Origin: Gammaproteobacteria bacterium
Lineage (GTDB): Bacteria; Pseudomonadota; Gammaproteobacteria; GCA-001735895
NCBI GenBank assembly: GCA_050288105.1
Contig: JBNKDE010000015.1
Coordinates: 27,496 to 91,495, forward strand
Reading direction: 5' to 3'
DNA: 64,000 nt
A program made the position numbers and the translations under genes. The notes below the pieces were generated by a model, which was not told where the DNA came from, ran no database searches, and was given only the letters and a program-made list of their open reading frames with translations. This document shows, one piece after another, positions 1 through 9,645 of the stretch (position 1 is its first letter; every line of letters starts with the position of its first letter).

Positions 1-125
1 TTTGAAATACTCAGGGTACGCCGCGGTTGAAAAATCTCCCACAACGCGATAACGGCGAATACGCCAAAAAAGAAACTCAATCGAATAGCTATTTCGTGCT
101 CAAGAACCCATACATCTATGCTCAT
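1..125 (-). CDS. Partial (N-terminus only) sterol desaturase / fatty acid hydroxylase family membrane protein
   Basis: Not in ORF track. Manual translation from ATG at 125 (minus): MSIDVWVLEHEIAIRLSFFFGVFAVIALWEIFQPRRTLSISK..., resembling the 'IRL.FF.G.F...ALWE...PRR' N-terminus of this family. Runs off the window edge. Confidence 0.6.
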   Translation of the reverse strand, partial: MSIDVWVLEHEIAIRLSFFFGVFAVIALWEIFQPRRTLSIS

Positions 126-178
126 TAACGGTTTCCTCTGAGTGTTGGTCTGCTATACTGGCAGATATAGTATCTTTA

Positions 179-198
179 ATTCAATAGATCTCTTGAAT
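179..198. promoter_or_regulatory. Probable ArsR/SmtB-type operator ATTCAA-tAGATCTc-TTGAAT
   Basis: Near-perfect 20-bp palindrome 23 bp upstream of the ArsR gene ATG (222), inside a short divergent intergenic region. Confidence 0.6.
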
Positions 199-221
199 AA
201 TTGAAATACAGGATTTGTTAT

Positions 222-884
222 ATGTCAACGGATAATTTCAAACACGAGCTTTTTAACCACTTCTCTCGCGTGTCCAAGGCGATGAGCAACGGTTATCGGC
301 TGGAATTACTAGAGTTTCTGGCGCAGGGTGAACGCAGTGTAGATGCGCTTGCTCAGGTTTCTGGATTGACTGTGGCCAATACTTCTCAGCATTTGCAGCA
401 GTTGCGTCAGGCAGGGTTGGTTACCAGCCGCAAGGAAGGGCACAAGGTTTTTTACAGTTTAAGCGGTATGGATGTAGTTGAATTGCTGCAGTCATTACGC
501 AATGTTGCAGAACGCTACCTGGCTGATGTCGGTAAACTGGTAAATGATTACTTAACCGTCAAGGACGATCTGGAACCGGTTTCTGCCAGTGAGTTACTGG
601 AGCGAAGTAAGCAGGGGCTGGTCATGGTGCTCGACGTGCGTCCAGCAGAAGAGTTCGCTGCCGGGCATTTACCGGGAGCGGTCAATATCCCGCTCAGGAA
701 CCTGGAACAGCAACTGGATGAGCTGAAAAACTTCCAGGAAGTAATCGCTTACTGCCGTGGTCCACATTGTGTGCTAGCTTTTGACGCTGTCGAAAAACTC
801 AGACAGAAGGGAATCGCAGCGCGCCGCCTGGATGGTGGATTACCTGAATGGAAACTCAGGGGGCTCCCGGTAGAAATTGCATGA
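222..884 (+). CDS. ArsR/SmtB-family transcriptional regulator fused to a rhodanese domain
   Basis: N-terminal wHTH (RLELLEFLAQGERSV...SQHLQQLRQAGLV); C-terminal rhodanese (LDVRPAEEFAAGHLPGA...YCRGPHC). ATG at 222 preferred over TTG at 201. Confidence 0.9.
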   Translation: MSTDNFKHELFNHFSRVSKAMSNGYRLELLEFLAQGERSVDALAQVSGLTVANTSQHLQQLRQAGLVTSRKEGHKVFYSLSGMDVVELLQSLRNVAERYLADVGKLVNDYLTVKDDLEPVSASELLERSKQGLVMVLDVRPAEEFAAGHLPGAVNIPLRNLEQQLDELKNFQEVIAYCRGPHCVLAFDAVEKLRQKGIAARRLDGGLPEWKLRGLPVEIA

Positions 885-917
885 CCGCAGGGCAAAACAA
901 ACAGGAGTTCGCATACC

Positions 918-935
918 CATTGAAAATTTTCAATG
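918..935. promoter_or_regulatory. Perfect 18-bp palindrome CATTGAAAATTTTCAATG (TTGA-N6-TCAA, FNR/CRP-family-like)
   Basis: Directly visible, about 60 bp upstream of the CBS gene. Confidence 0.4.
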
Positions 936-994
936 ATGATAGTTCTGGTTTTGTTTAAGTTATTAACTGATTCAGCCTGGATGGATTTTTATTT

Positions 995-1438
995 ATGAAT
1001 AACAATGTCACGTTAAGCCCTGACCATCAAGCGCAAACGGAGTTTCGGATGAAAGTAGTTCGCGACATTATGACGACCTCGGTGAGGACCATGCATAGAG
1101 ATATCTCGGTATGCGATTTAGAGGAAATCTTTGTTACGCATAAAATCAGTGGTGGTCCGGTTATCGATAATTCAGGAAGTATCGTGGGCTTTGTATCCAA
1201 GTCAGATGTTACTCGATTTGATTCATCCGGTCAGGATCCAAACTATACCCAGGTGTTTGAAATCGCCAGCCCCAGGGTGATATTTATTTCGCCTGATACC
1301 AGCATTGAAGACGCTGCACAAAGGATGATCGAAAAACAGGTGCATCATCTGGTGGTTACTCAGGATGAGGAACTGGTTGGTATCCTGTCGTCTCTGGACT
1401 TTGTTCGATATGTGGGTGCACAGGCTGAGATCAGTTGA
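995..1438 (+). CDS. CBS-domain pair protein
   Basis: VRDIMT...ISGGPVID...VGFVSKSD and ...SIEDAAQRMIEKQVHHLVV...LVGILSSLD: two CBS repeats. Confidence 0.88.
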   Translation: MNNNVTLSPDHQAQTEFRMKVVRDIMTTSVRTMHRDISVCDLEEIFVTHKISGGPVIDNSGSIVGFVSKSDVTRFDSSGQDPNYTQVFEIASPRVIFISPDTSIEDAAQRMIEKQVHHLVVTQDEELVGILSSLDFVRYVGAQAEIS

Positions 1439-1510
1439 ATAAACGGCCGTACCTTTTAAGTGTATTCACGTCGCCAGTTGATTAAACCGATCCTGCTCAC
1501 AGAGCGAGTT

Positions 1511-2998
1511 TTAAGTCCCTGCCTTACTCATATTTTCAACACTACTAACAGCCCTTTTCCACTCACTCAGTAATTTTGATCTCAACTCTGGCTCCATTTC
1601 TGATTTAAAGGTGCTGGCTTTTAACCAGAGTTTGCTAATGGTGTCGGTAGAGTCAAACAGTTTTGCCTGTAATCCGGCGAGATAAGCCGCGCCCAGTGCG
1701 GTAGTTTCGGTGACTACAGGTACCTCAATATCGATATTCAGAATATCCGATAGCATCTGGCACATCCACTGGTTCGCTACCATGCCGCCGTCAACTCTCA
1801 GGGTGTCAATCGCATAATGCGTATCCTTGCTGATTGCCTGTATCAGGTCATGGGTCTGGTAGGCGATGGATTCCAGTGCTGCGCGCGAGAAATGTTCCGG
1901 TCCGGTATCCCTTGTCAGGCCAAAAATGGCGCCGCGCGCATTCGGGTTCCAGTAGGGGGCACCTAGTCCAACGAAAGCTGGTACCAGGTAAACCCCATCG
2001 TTACTGGTGAGCTCGTTTGCATGAGTTTCGGTCTGTCGACTGTCCTGGATGATTTTCATTCGATCTCGCAACCATTGTACCGCAGCGCCAGCGATGAATA
2101 TGGAGCCTTCCAGAGCGTAGGTGGTATGACCATTAATCCGATAAGCGACCGTGCTGAGCAGGCCAGCGCTGGAAGTGACGACGGCATCGCCCGTATTGAT
2201 CAGCGCAAAGCCTCCTGTGCCATAGGTACTTTTGATGTTGCCTGGCAGGAAGCAGCTTTGCCCGATAGCAGCGGCCTGCTGGTCGCCGGCAACTCCGCCT
2301 ATGGGTATCTGCTGCCCCAGTGCATTACTGCTGCTGATGCCAAAGTCGGCAGCCGAGTCGCGTACCTCAGGTAGCATGCTGGCAGGTATGCCGAAAAGCT
2401 CAAGTAGCTCCTCGTCCCATTGCTGGGTGCGGATATTAAACAACAGGGTACGCGAAGCATTGGTCGCGTCGGTGACATGAACCTGGCCGTCCGTAAGGCG
2501 CCAGATGAGGAAGCTGTCAATCGTTCCGAAAGCCAGTTTTCCCTGTTCTGCTAGTTCTCTGGCACCTTTTGTATGGTCGAGTATCCAGCCGATCTTGGTA
2601 GCCGAAAAATAGGGGTCGATCACCAGGCCGGTTTTATGGCGGATCATATCTTCCAGATTGCGTTGCTTTAGCTCTGCGCATAGATCAGCGGTGCGAGTAT
2701 CCTGCCATACAATTGCCTTGTGTATCGCTTTTCCGGATTCTCTATCCCATACCACGACGGTTTCACGCTGATTGGTTATGCCGATAACCTTAACTTCGCC
2801 AACTTCGGATAACACCTGCTTGCACACGGCCTGTGTGCTAGACCAGATTTCTTCCGGGTCATGCTCTACCCAGCCTGAAGCAGGGTAATACTGTTTGAAT
2901 TCCTGCTGTGCGGTGACGATCGCATGTCCGCTAGTATCGAATATGATGGCTCTTGAGCTAGTTGTGCCCTGATCAATGCTAAGAATTAAGTCACTCAT
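1511..2998 (-). CDS. glpK: Glycerol kinase
   Basis: SIDQGTTSSRA, GITNQRET, DPYFSATK, GDQQAA, KSTYGTG, LRVDGGM motifs; located in a glycerol cluster. Confidence 0.97.
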   Translation of the reverse strand: MSDLILSIDQGTTSSRAIIFDTSGHAIVTAQQEFKQYYPASGWVEHDPEEIWSSTQAVCKQVLSEVGEVKVIGITNQRETVVVWDRESGKAIHKAIVWQDTRTADLCAELKQRNLEDMIRHKTGLVIDPYFSATKIGWILDHTKGARELAEQGKLAFGTIDSFLIWRLTDGQVHVTDATNASRTLLFNIRTQQWDEELLELFGIPASMLPEVRDSAADFGISSSNALGQQIPIGGVAGDQQAAAIGQSCFLPGNIKSTYGTGGFALINTGDAVVTSSAGLLSTVAYRINGHTTYALEGSIFIAGAAVQWLRDRMKIIQDSRQTETHANELTSNDGVYLVPAFVGLGAPYWNPNARGAIFGLTRDTGPEHFSRAALESIAYQTHDLIQAISKDTHYAIDTLRVDGGMVANQWMCQMLSDILNIDIEVPVVTETTALGAAYLAGLQAKLFDSTDTISKLWLKASTFKSEMEPELRSKLLSEWKRAVSSVENMSKAGT

Positions 2999-4542
2999 GA
3001 TGCTATCTCTTGGTTTTTGTGTTTATTATCAATTTGAGATTTTTCTATCCATTGCGTTAAATGGCTGACTTCCTGTTGGTTAAGTCGTAAACCTTTTTTA
3101 CTGCGGCGCCACAGGATGTCGTCTGCATAACAGGCCCATTCATGGCGTATCAGATATTCGACTTCGCGTTGATAGAGTCCTGCGCCAAAGTATTCTCCCA
3201 GTTCAGACATTGACTGGCAACCGTCGAGCAGCCGGTCTATCTCGCTACCATAGTTGCGACAGTAATCAATTCGAACTTTATCATCCAGCCAGAGGTATTT
3301 GTGTTTCATCTGACTGGCGAAGGTGCCGAAATCTCCGCCTATTTCTCCTCCAGGCAAGATGCTGTTTCTGGTCCATGCAGGTGAGTTGAAGTGCAGGGCA
3401 TTTTTCAGTTGATCGACCACCTGTTCAGAGAGTTTGCGGTAAGTGGTGACTTTGCCACCATATACAGAGATGATGGCAGCGCCGTTGTTATCCAGGTCCA
3501 GCACATAATCGCGTGTCACTTTACTGGCATTATCACTGGCATCGTCAAACAATGGCCGCACTCCGGAATAACTCCAGACTACCTGCTCAGGGGTTACAGG
3601 AGTGGCGGTGTATTCGCTCACCGCCTGGCAAATGTATTCGATTTCCTGAGCATTAATTTTGACCTGATTCGGGTCTCCCCTGAAATCTAGGTCCGTGGTG
3701 CCAAGCAGGGTAAAGTCCTGTTCGAAGGGAATCGCAAACAGGATACGTCCATCGGTGTTCTGGAAGATATAGGGGTAAGGATGATTAAACAGTTTCTTTA
3801 CAATCACATGACTACCTTTGACCAGTCTCACCGAGCGACTTTTTCTGGATTCCTGATAAAGTCCGAGTGTCCGCTCTACCCAGGGTCCAGAAGCATTGGC
3901 AATAGCTCGGGTGTTGATGGTCTTCTCTATCCCACTACGTTTATCCAGCAGGGTAACGGTCCAGTGATCAGTGTGCCTTTGCAGTTCGATACATTCGGTA
4001 TGGGTCAGGATGTCGGCCCCCCGTGCCATCGCATCGCGTGCGTTTAGCACCACCAGGCGGGCATCCTGCACCCAGCAGTCTGAGTATTCGAAGGCTCGCG
4101 TAAATGTGCTTTTGAGGAACTCACCCGCGACATGTTTGTTAAGATTCACGCTAGTTGATGCAGGAAGTTTCTTGCGCCCACCGATATGGTCGTAAAGAAA
4201 CAGACCCAGGCGTAACATCCAGCGCGGCCTCAGACCTTTATGGTGCGGCAGGATAAAACGCAGCGGCCAGATGATGTGCGGCGCGCTGTGCAATAACACC
4301 TCGCGCTCCTGTAGCGAGTGACGTACCAGTAGAAAGTCATAATGCTCCAGATAACGTAAGCCACCATGAATCAGCTTGGTGCTGGATGAAGAGGTATGTG
4401 ATGCCAGATCATCTTTCTCGCACAGTGTAACCTTTAGTCCACGGCCAGCAGCATCGCGTGCAATGCCGCTGCCATTGATACCACCGCCAATCACGAGGAG
4501 GTCGATCAAAGTGTTATCCTGGCTCTGGTTACGCATCAACAT
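2995..4542 (-). CDS. glpD: Aerobic FAD-dependent glycerol-3-phosphate dehydrogenase
   Basis: IGGGINGSGIARDAAGRG, TSSSSTKLIHGGLRYLE, VKGSH, GGKVTTYRKLSE. Start taken at ATG 4542 (or 4536) to avoid overlapping the upstream gene. Confidence 0.95.
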   Translation of the reverse strand: MLMRNQSQDNTLIDLLVIGGGINGSGIARDAAGRGLKVTLCEKDDLASHTSSSSTKLIHGGLRYLEHYDFLLVRHSLQEREVLLHSAPHIIWPLRFILPHHKGLRPRWMLRLGLFLYDHIGGRKKLPASTSVNLNKHVAGEFLKSTFTRAFEYSDCWVQDARLVVLNARDAMARGADILTHTECIELQRHTDHWTVTLLDKRSGIEKTINTRAIANASGPWVERTLGLYQESRKSRSVRLVKGSHVIVKKLFNHPYPYIFQNTDGRILFAIPFEQDFTLLGTTDLDFRGDPNQVKINAQEIEYICQAVSEYTATPVTPEQVVWSYSGVRPLFDDASDNASKVTRDYVLDLDNNGAAIISVYGGKVTTYRKLSEQVVDQLKNALHFNSPAWTRNSILPGGEIGGDFGTFASQMKHKYLWLDDKVRIDYCRNYGSEIDRLLDGCQSMSELGEYFGAGLYQREVEYLIRHEWACYADDILWRRSKKGLRLNQQEVSHLTQWIEKSQIDNKHKNQEIAS

Positions 4543-4567
4543 TGAGGTCGCTTGCCCTGAGTAGTGA

Positions 4568-4852
4568 TTAGACCCATTTAAAAACAATAAAGAAGTACAC
4601 GACAGAGATCACAAGCGCGCCCCATAGTGGCGTACTGAATGCCGCCAGCCAGCCGAGAAAGATAAAAATACTGCCCAGTATGGCGATAAATAAACGATCA
4701 CCGCGGGTGGTATCCAGACCCAGAATTCCGTTACGGGGATTGCCGCCGGGAGAGAAGTGTTCCCAAACAGCCATCACGATAAGGCAGAACAGGATGAAGC
4801 CGAAAAAAGCTGCAGTCGGCCATGTCCATGCCATCCAGGATAAATCTAGCAT
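4568..4852 (-). CDS. glpU: DUF2160-family small membrane protein of glycerol ABC transporters
   Basis: WMAWTWPTA...R.GILGLDTTRGDRLF signature; position in glycerol ABC operon. Confidence 0.85.
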   Translation of the reverse strand: MLDLSWMAWTWPTAAFFGFILFCLIVMAVWEHFSPGGNPRNGILGLDTTRGDRLFIAILGSIFIFLGWLAAFSTPLWGALVISVVYFFIVFKWV

Positions 4853-4875
4853 GTGATTATCTCCATTTTCATACC

Positions 4876-5676
4876 TTAAACCCTGCCCAGGGCAAAACCC
4901 TTGGCAATATGATTACGTACAAAGTAGATTACAAAAGCCCCCGGTATAATAGTCAGTGCACCTGCGGCAGCCAGTAAACCCAGTTCATAACCCGAAGTAC
5001 TGGCGGTCCTGGTCATGGTGGCAGCTATCGGTTTGGCATATACCGAGGTCAGGGTTTTGGCCAGCAGCAATTCAACCCAGGAATACATAAAACAGAAAAA
5101 CGCTGTGACCCCAATACCTGATCTCACGGTAGGGATAAAAATTTTGACAAAGAAATGTGGGAATGAATAACCATCCAGGAAGGCGGTTTCATCCAGTTCC
5201 TTGGGCACACCTGACATAAATCCTTCCAGTATCCACACCGCCAGAGGAATATTGAACAGGCAGTGGGCGAGTGCCACAGCGATATGGGTATCGAATAGTC
5301 CCACCGCCGAATAAAGCTGGAAGAAGGGCAGCGCAAAAACCGCTGCAGGCGCCATACGATTGGTTAACAGCCAGAAGAATAAATGCTTGTCGCCCAGAAA
5401 GTGATAACGCGAGAATGCATAGGCAGCAGGCAGCGCAACCAGCACTGAAATAATGGTATTCATTACCACGTAGGTAATCGAATTAAAGTAACCGTTATAC
5501 CAGGTTGGGTCGGTAAAAATAGTCCGGTAATTCTCCAGCGTGAATTCAATGGGCCAGAGTGAAAATGTACCCAGTATTTCATTGGTGGTTTTAAACGACA
5601 TATTGACCAGCCAGTAAATCGGCAGCATCAGGAATATGATATACAGTGTTGGTAACAGGTATTTATATCTCAACAT
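4876..5676 (-). CDS. glpQ: Glycerol ABC transporter permease 2
   Basis: Multi-TM; EAA loop (GVPKELDETAFLDG); C-terminal IAKGFALGRV. Rhizobium/KEGG transporter nomenclature (not the phosphodiesterase GlpQ). Confidence 0.88.
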   Translation of the reverse strand: MLRYKYLLPTLYIIFLMLPIYWLVNMSFKTTNEILGTFSLWPIEFTLENYRTIFTDPTWYNGYFNSITYVVMNTIISVLVALPAAYAFSRYHFLGDKHLFFWLLTNRMAPAAVFALPFFQLYSAVGLFDTHIAVALAHCLFNIPLAVWILEGFMSGVPKELDETAFLDGYSFPHFFVKIFIPTVRSGIGVTAFFCFMYSWVELLLAKTLTSVYAKPIAATMTRTASTSGYELGLLAAAGALTIIPGAFVIYFVRNHIAKGFALGRV

Positions 5677-5678
5677 GA

Positions 5679-6542
5679 TTAATCCTCATTGCGCATCATC
5701 AGGGTGTAGAACACCCAGCTAACCAGCAACACGACAAAAAAGTAAATCAACGACATGGCGGCTGCTGGGCCGAGGTCGAACTGGCCGAGTGCTACCTTAA
5801 CCAGGTCTATAGACAGAAAGGTGGTAGTGTTACCCGGTCCTCCGCCTGTGAGTACAAAAGGCTCGGTATAAATGTTAAAGCTGTCCATAAAGCGCAGCAG
5901 AATGGCGATCGTGAGTACCCGTTTCATCTTGGGTAACTGGATACGCCAGAACACTGCCCAGTGGCTGGCGCCATCGATTTTTGCCGCCTGGTAATAGGCG
6001 TCCGGTATAGAACACAGGCCAGCATAAGCCAGTAGTACCACCAGTGAGGTCCAGTGCCAGACGTCCATCATGATGGTCGTCATCCAGGCCGAGGCAGGTT
6101 GCTGGGTGTAGTCATAATCGATGCCCATGGCATTGATGCTGCGACCGAGTAAACCGATATCGGGCAGTGCATAGATGTTCCACATGGCACCCACAACATT
6201 CCAGGGAATAAGTAGCGGCAGGGCCATCAACACCAGGCATACCGATACCCAGGGCCCCTTGCGCGGCATGGCCAGAGCAACCGCGATACCCAGCGGAATC
6301 TCAATGGCGAGTATGGTGCCGGTAAAAGCCAGCTGGCGCAGGAAGGATTCATGGAAGCGTTCAGAATGTAGCACCTGCTCGAACCATTTCACCCCTTCCC
6401 AGAAAAACAGGTTATCGCCAAAGGTTTCCTGTACCGAGTAATTCACCACCGTCATGAGTGGAATCAGTGCATTAAAAGCCACCAGTGCAACCACGGGGAT
6501 GACGAAGTACCAGGCTTTTTGATTGACAGTTTTATTGATCAT
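5679..6542 (-). CDS. glpP: Glycerol ABC transporter permease 1
   Basis: KTVNQKAW N-terminus; EAA loop SIPDAYYQAAKIDGAS; operon context. Confidence 0.88.
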   Translation of the reverse strand: MINKTVNQKAWYFVIPVVALVAFNALIPLMTVVNYSVQETFGDNLFFWEGVKWFEQVLHSERFHESFLRQLAFTGTILAIEIPLGIAVALAMPRKGPWVSVCLVLMALPLLIPWNVVGAMWNIYALPDIGLLGRSINAMGIDYDYTQQPASAWMTTIMMDVWHWTSLVVLLAYAGLCSIPDAYYQAAKIDGASHWAVFWRIQLPKMKRVLTIAILLRFMDSFNIYTEPFVLTGGGPGNTTTFLSIDLVKVALGQFDLGPAAAMSLIYFFVVLLVSWVFYTLMMRNED

Positions 6543-6554
6543 TTCAGTACTTCC

Positions 6555-7643
6555 TCAATTGACTACCCAGCTGTCGGCATACAGACGTGTTTTATCTGGA
6601 TCAAAGATGATACGGGGGCTTTCTGAAGGTATGACTTTATCCTCTGGAGACACGACTCGAATCACATGCTCATTATGGCGAGTTTCAACGATACGGAATC
6701 TTCCAAGATCATTGACACGAGTGATTTCTACCGGGATTGAGGGTGTTGAACTGGATTCACCCGGCTGTTCGAACTGGATGAATTCCGGTCTGACCCCTAT
6801 TTCAAGTTTGCCATCGATTTTTGCCGGGTCAGTCTGTGAAGCTGTTTGCACCTTGATGCCTGCGAAACCGATACCACCATCGATATTTTCTGCAGGCAGA
6901 ATATTCATGCCGGGAGAGCCGATAAAATGTCCGACAAAGGTATGTCTGGGATGTTCGAATAGTTCTTCCGGGGTGCCGATCTGGACCACCAGCCCATCGT
7001 GCATTACCACAACATGATCGGCAAAGGTCAGTGCTTCGGTCTGGTCGTGGGTGACATAAATCATGGTAATACCCAGACGTTGGTGCAGTTCCTTCAGCTT
7101 CGAACGCAGCTTCCATTTCAGATGTGGATCTATAACAGTCAGGGGCTCGTCAAACATGATGGCGCTGACATCATTACGCACCAGGCCGCGTCCCAGGGAT
7201 ATCTTTTGTTTGCCATCGGCAGTCAAGCGTGAGGCGCGCTTTGATAGCGAGTCTTCCAGCTCCAGCATGGCAGCAATTTCGTGCACGCGCTTCTCGATAT
7301 CCGATTCGGCAAACTTTCGATTACGCAGTGGAAAAGCGAGGTTATCGTATACTGACATGGTGTCGTAAACCACAGGAAACTGGAAAACCTGGGCGATATT
7401 ACGATCGCTGGTGGATACATGGGTAACATCTCGATCATCGAACAGGATCTTGCCTTCTGACGGGCTAAGCAGACCAGAGATGATATTGAGTAAGGTGGTT
7501 TTACCGCAGCCTGAAGGGCCGAGCAGGGCATAGGATCCACCATCCTCCCATACGGTATCGATCTCTTTCAGGGCGTAGTCCTGCTTACCGTCTGGATCAG
7601 GTCTATAACTATGTCTTAAGTTTTGCAGTTTAATCTGAGCCAT
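6555..7643 (-). CDS. glpT: Glycerol ABC transporter ATP-binding subunit
   Basis: Walker A GPSGCGKT; LTADGKQKISLGRG signature; Walker B IMFDEP. Start at ATG 7643 (MAQIKL). Confidence 0.9.
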   Translation of the reverse strand: MAQIKLQNLRHSYRPDPDGKQDYALKEIDTVWEDGGSYALLGPSGCGKTTLLNIISGLLSPSEGKILFDDRDVTHVSTSDRNIAQVFQFPVVYDTMSVYDNLAFPLRNRKFAESDIEKRVHEIAAMLELEDSLSKRASRLTADGKQKISLGRGLVRNDVSAIMFDEPLTVIDPHLKWKLRSKLKELHQRLGITMIYVTHDQTEALTFADHVVVMHDGLVVQIGTPEELFEHPRHTFVGHFIGSPGMNILPAENIDGGIGFAGIKVQTASQTDPAKIDGKLEIGVRPEFIQFEQPGESSSTPSIPVEITRVNDLGRFRIVETRHNEHVIRVVSPEDKVIPSESPRIIFDPDKTRLYADSWVVN

Positions 7644-7683
7644 AGTGGTTAATCCCAGTTTTGAGCAGTAAAGCGTTGAGTAT

Positions 7684-8751
7684 TCATAATGGAATAAGGT
7701 CTCCCTTGTCATCAAACAGCAGGCATTGATTCAGGTTGAGATATAGCTCTATGGATTCGCCCATTTTATGCGGGTGTACACCATGCGATTCCGATACCCA
7801 GCTGCCATCGCCAAACTGGATATGAATCACAGAGTCAGAACCGCTTATTTCTGTGACCTTAACAATGCCTTTGACGGCTATCGAATCAGCCTGTGTTTTG
7901 TAGGGTGTCAGATGATGCGGGCGCACACCGAGAATGTAATTCCCGTCCGACAGGTGGCTAAATCGGTCGCCAGTTTCACAACAGGTCACGCCATCGATAT
8001 CAAACTCTGACCCTTTTTTAACAATCCTGGTTGTATTAATCGGTGGGTGTGAAAATACACTGGCACTGGTGAGATTATTGGGATGGTGGTAAATCTCTGC
8101 GGTTTCGCCATATTGAATGACACGGCCTTCGTGCAAGGTGGCTGTATGGCCTCCCAGTAACAGGGCTTCCATCGGTTCACTGGTGGCATACACCACCGTG
8201 GCGCCTGAGCCTTCAAACAGTTTGGGTAATTCATCGCGTAGTTCTTCGCGCAGCTTGTAATCCAGGTTGGCCAGAGGCTCATCCAGTAATACCAGTTCGG
8301 CATTTTTTACCAAAGCGCGTGCTAATGCGGTTCGCTGCTGCTGTCCACCCGAAATCTCTGAGGGCATGCGGTTCAGCATGGGGGTCAGTTTTAGCAGATC
8401 GGCTATGGATTCCACGCGCTGGCGAATTTCATCCTGCGGCACTTTGGCAACTTTAAGTGGTGAAGCGATATTTTCAAATACGGTGTAGCTGGGATAATTG
8501 ACAAATGCCTGGTACACCATGGCTACGCTACGTTTTTGTACTGGCACCCCGGTTACGTTTTTATTGTTAAACCAGATTTCACCCCGAGTGGGTTTTTCCA
8601 GCCCGGCCATCAGGCGCATGAGTGTGGTTTTACCGGATAAGGTGGTGCCCAGTAAAACATTGAATCCACCTTTGGATAGTTTTAAATCGGTCGTATAGAT
8701 ATGCGTGTCAGCATCAACTCTTTTAACCACACCTTTTAATTCAATTGCCAT
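7684..8751 (-). CDS. glpS: Glycerol ABC transporter ATP-binding subunit
   Basis: GTTLSGKT Walker A; ISGGQQQR; LLDEPLANLDYKLRE. Confidence 0.9.
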   Translation of the reverse strand: MAIELKGVVKRVDADTHIYTTDLKLSKGGFNVLLGTTLSGKTTLMRLMAGLEKPTRGEIWFNNKNVTGVPVQKRSVAMVYQAFVNYPSYTVFENIASPLKVAKVPQDEIRQRVESIADLLKLTPMLNRMPSEISGGQQQRTALARALVKNAELVLLDEPLANLDYKLREELRDELPKLFEGSGATVVYATSEPMEALLLGGHTATLHEGRVIQYGETAEIYHHPNNLTSASVFSHPPINTTRIVKKGSEFDIDGVTCCETGDRFSHLSDGNYILGVRPHHLTPYKTQADSIAVKGIVKVTEISGSDSVIHIQFGDGSWVSESHGVHPHKMGESIELYLNLNQCLLFDDKGDLIPL

Positions 8752-8760
8752 ACTTTTATC

Positions 8761-9549
8761 TCATAAAGGTGTCGCGATTTTCACCGTGACATCATGGGCC
8801 TTGCAGACGTTTAAAAATTTTGCCGGTGGGTCCTGATCGGTGACGAAATAATCAATGTCAGCAATGTTGCATACTCTTACGGGCGCCTTACGACTAAATT
8901 TGAGTTCGTCGGCCACCAGAATGACGGAACGTGCATTTCGAATAATGGCCTGGGTTACGCAGACCTCTCGCATGTCGAAATCAAGAATCGCACCATCTTC
9001 TTCAATTGCGGAAACACCTATCACGGCGTAGTCGAGCTTGAACTGGTCGATAAATCGAGTGGCTGATTCGCCCACGATGCCGCCATCCTCGCGTCGTACA
9101 ATACCACCCGCAGTCATCACCTCGATGGTTTCGCTACTGCGCATCATGTTGACTACATTCATATTGTTGGTAATCACGAGTAGTCCAAGGTGGCTCAGTA
9201 ACTGTTCTGCGACCTGCTCGGTGGTGGTGCCAATATTGATAAACAGTGAAGAATCATTCGGGATCAATTCGGCTGCCATCTGTCCAATTGCGCGTTTGCT
9301 TTCTGTAGCCATTTGTCTGCGCGCTTCGTATCCCAGGTTCTCAATACCATCGCTGGCTATTGCGCCGCCATGCACACGATGCAAAAGTCGTAGACGGCAT
9401 AGCTCACTCAGATCACGGCGAATGGTCTGGGGTGTAACATTCAGTGTTTCGGCAAGGGATTCAACCAGAACCCGTCCCTGTAGTCGGGCGAATTCCATAA
9501 TCTCCTGCTGTCGTTCACTTAAATTAGAAGTTCTGGAAATTTCCTGCAT
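8761..9549 (-). CDS. glpR: DeoR/GlpR-family glycerol-3-phosphate regulon repressor
   Basis: HTH VTPQTIRRDL, RVHGGA, FINIGTTTE. Start at ATG 9549; the longer ORF start runs through a hairpin. Confidence 0.92.
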   Translation of the reverse strand: MQEISRTSNLSERQQEIMEFARLQGRVLVESLAETLNVTPQTIRRDLSELCRLRLLHRVHGGAIASDGIENLGYEARRQMATESKRAIGQMAAELIPNDSSLFINIGTTTEQVAEQLLSHLGLLVITNNMNVVNMMRSSETIEVMTAGGIVRREDGGIVGESATRFIDQFKLDYAVIGVSAIEEDGAILDFDMREVCVTQAIIRNARSVILVADELKFSRKAPVRVCNIADIDYFVTDQDPPAKFLNVCKAHDVTVKIATPL

Positions 9550-9597
9550 TATTATCGTTAGGTTAGTCAGTATTAATGGAACAGGGTTGTTGCAGAT

Positions 9598-9625
9598 TGT
9601 GGAGGCACCAGGCGGTGCCTCCACA
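9598..9625 (-). terminator. Intercistronic GC-rich stem-loop after the substrate-binding protein gene
   Basis: TGTGGAGGCACC-aggc-GGTGCCTCCACA, a perfect 12-bp stem 20 bp downstream of the glpV stop. No U-tract, so more likely an mRNA-stabilising hairpin than a full terminator. Confidence 0.6.
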
Positions 9626-9645
9626 GGATTTACGAAAAAACCGGG

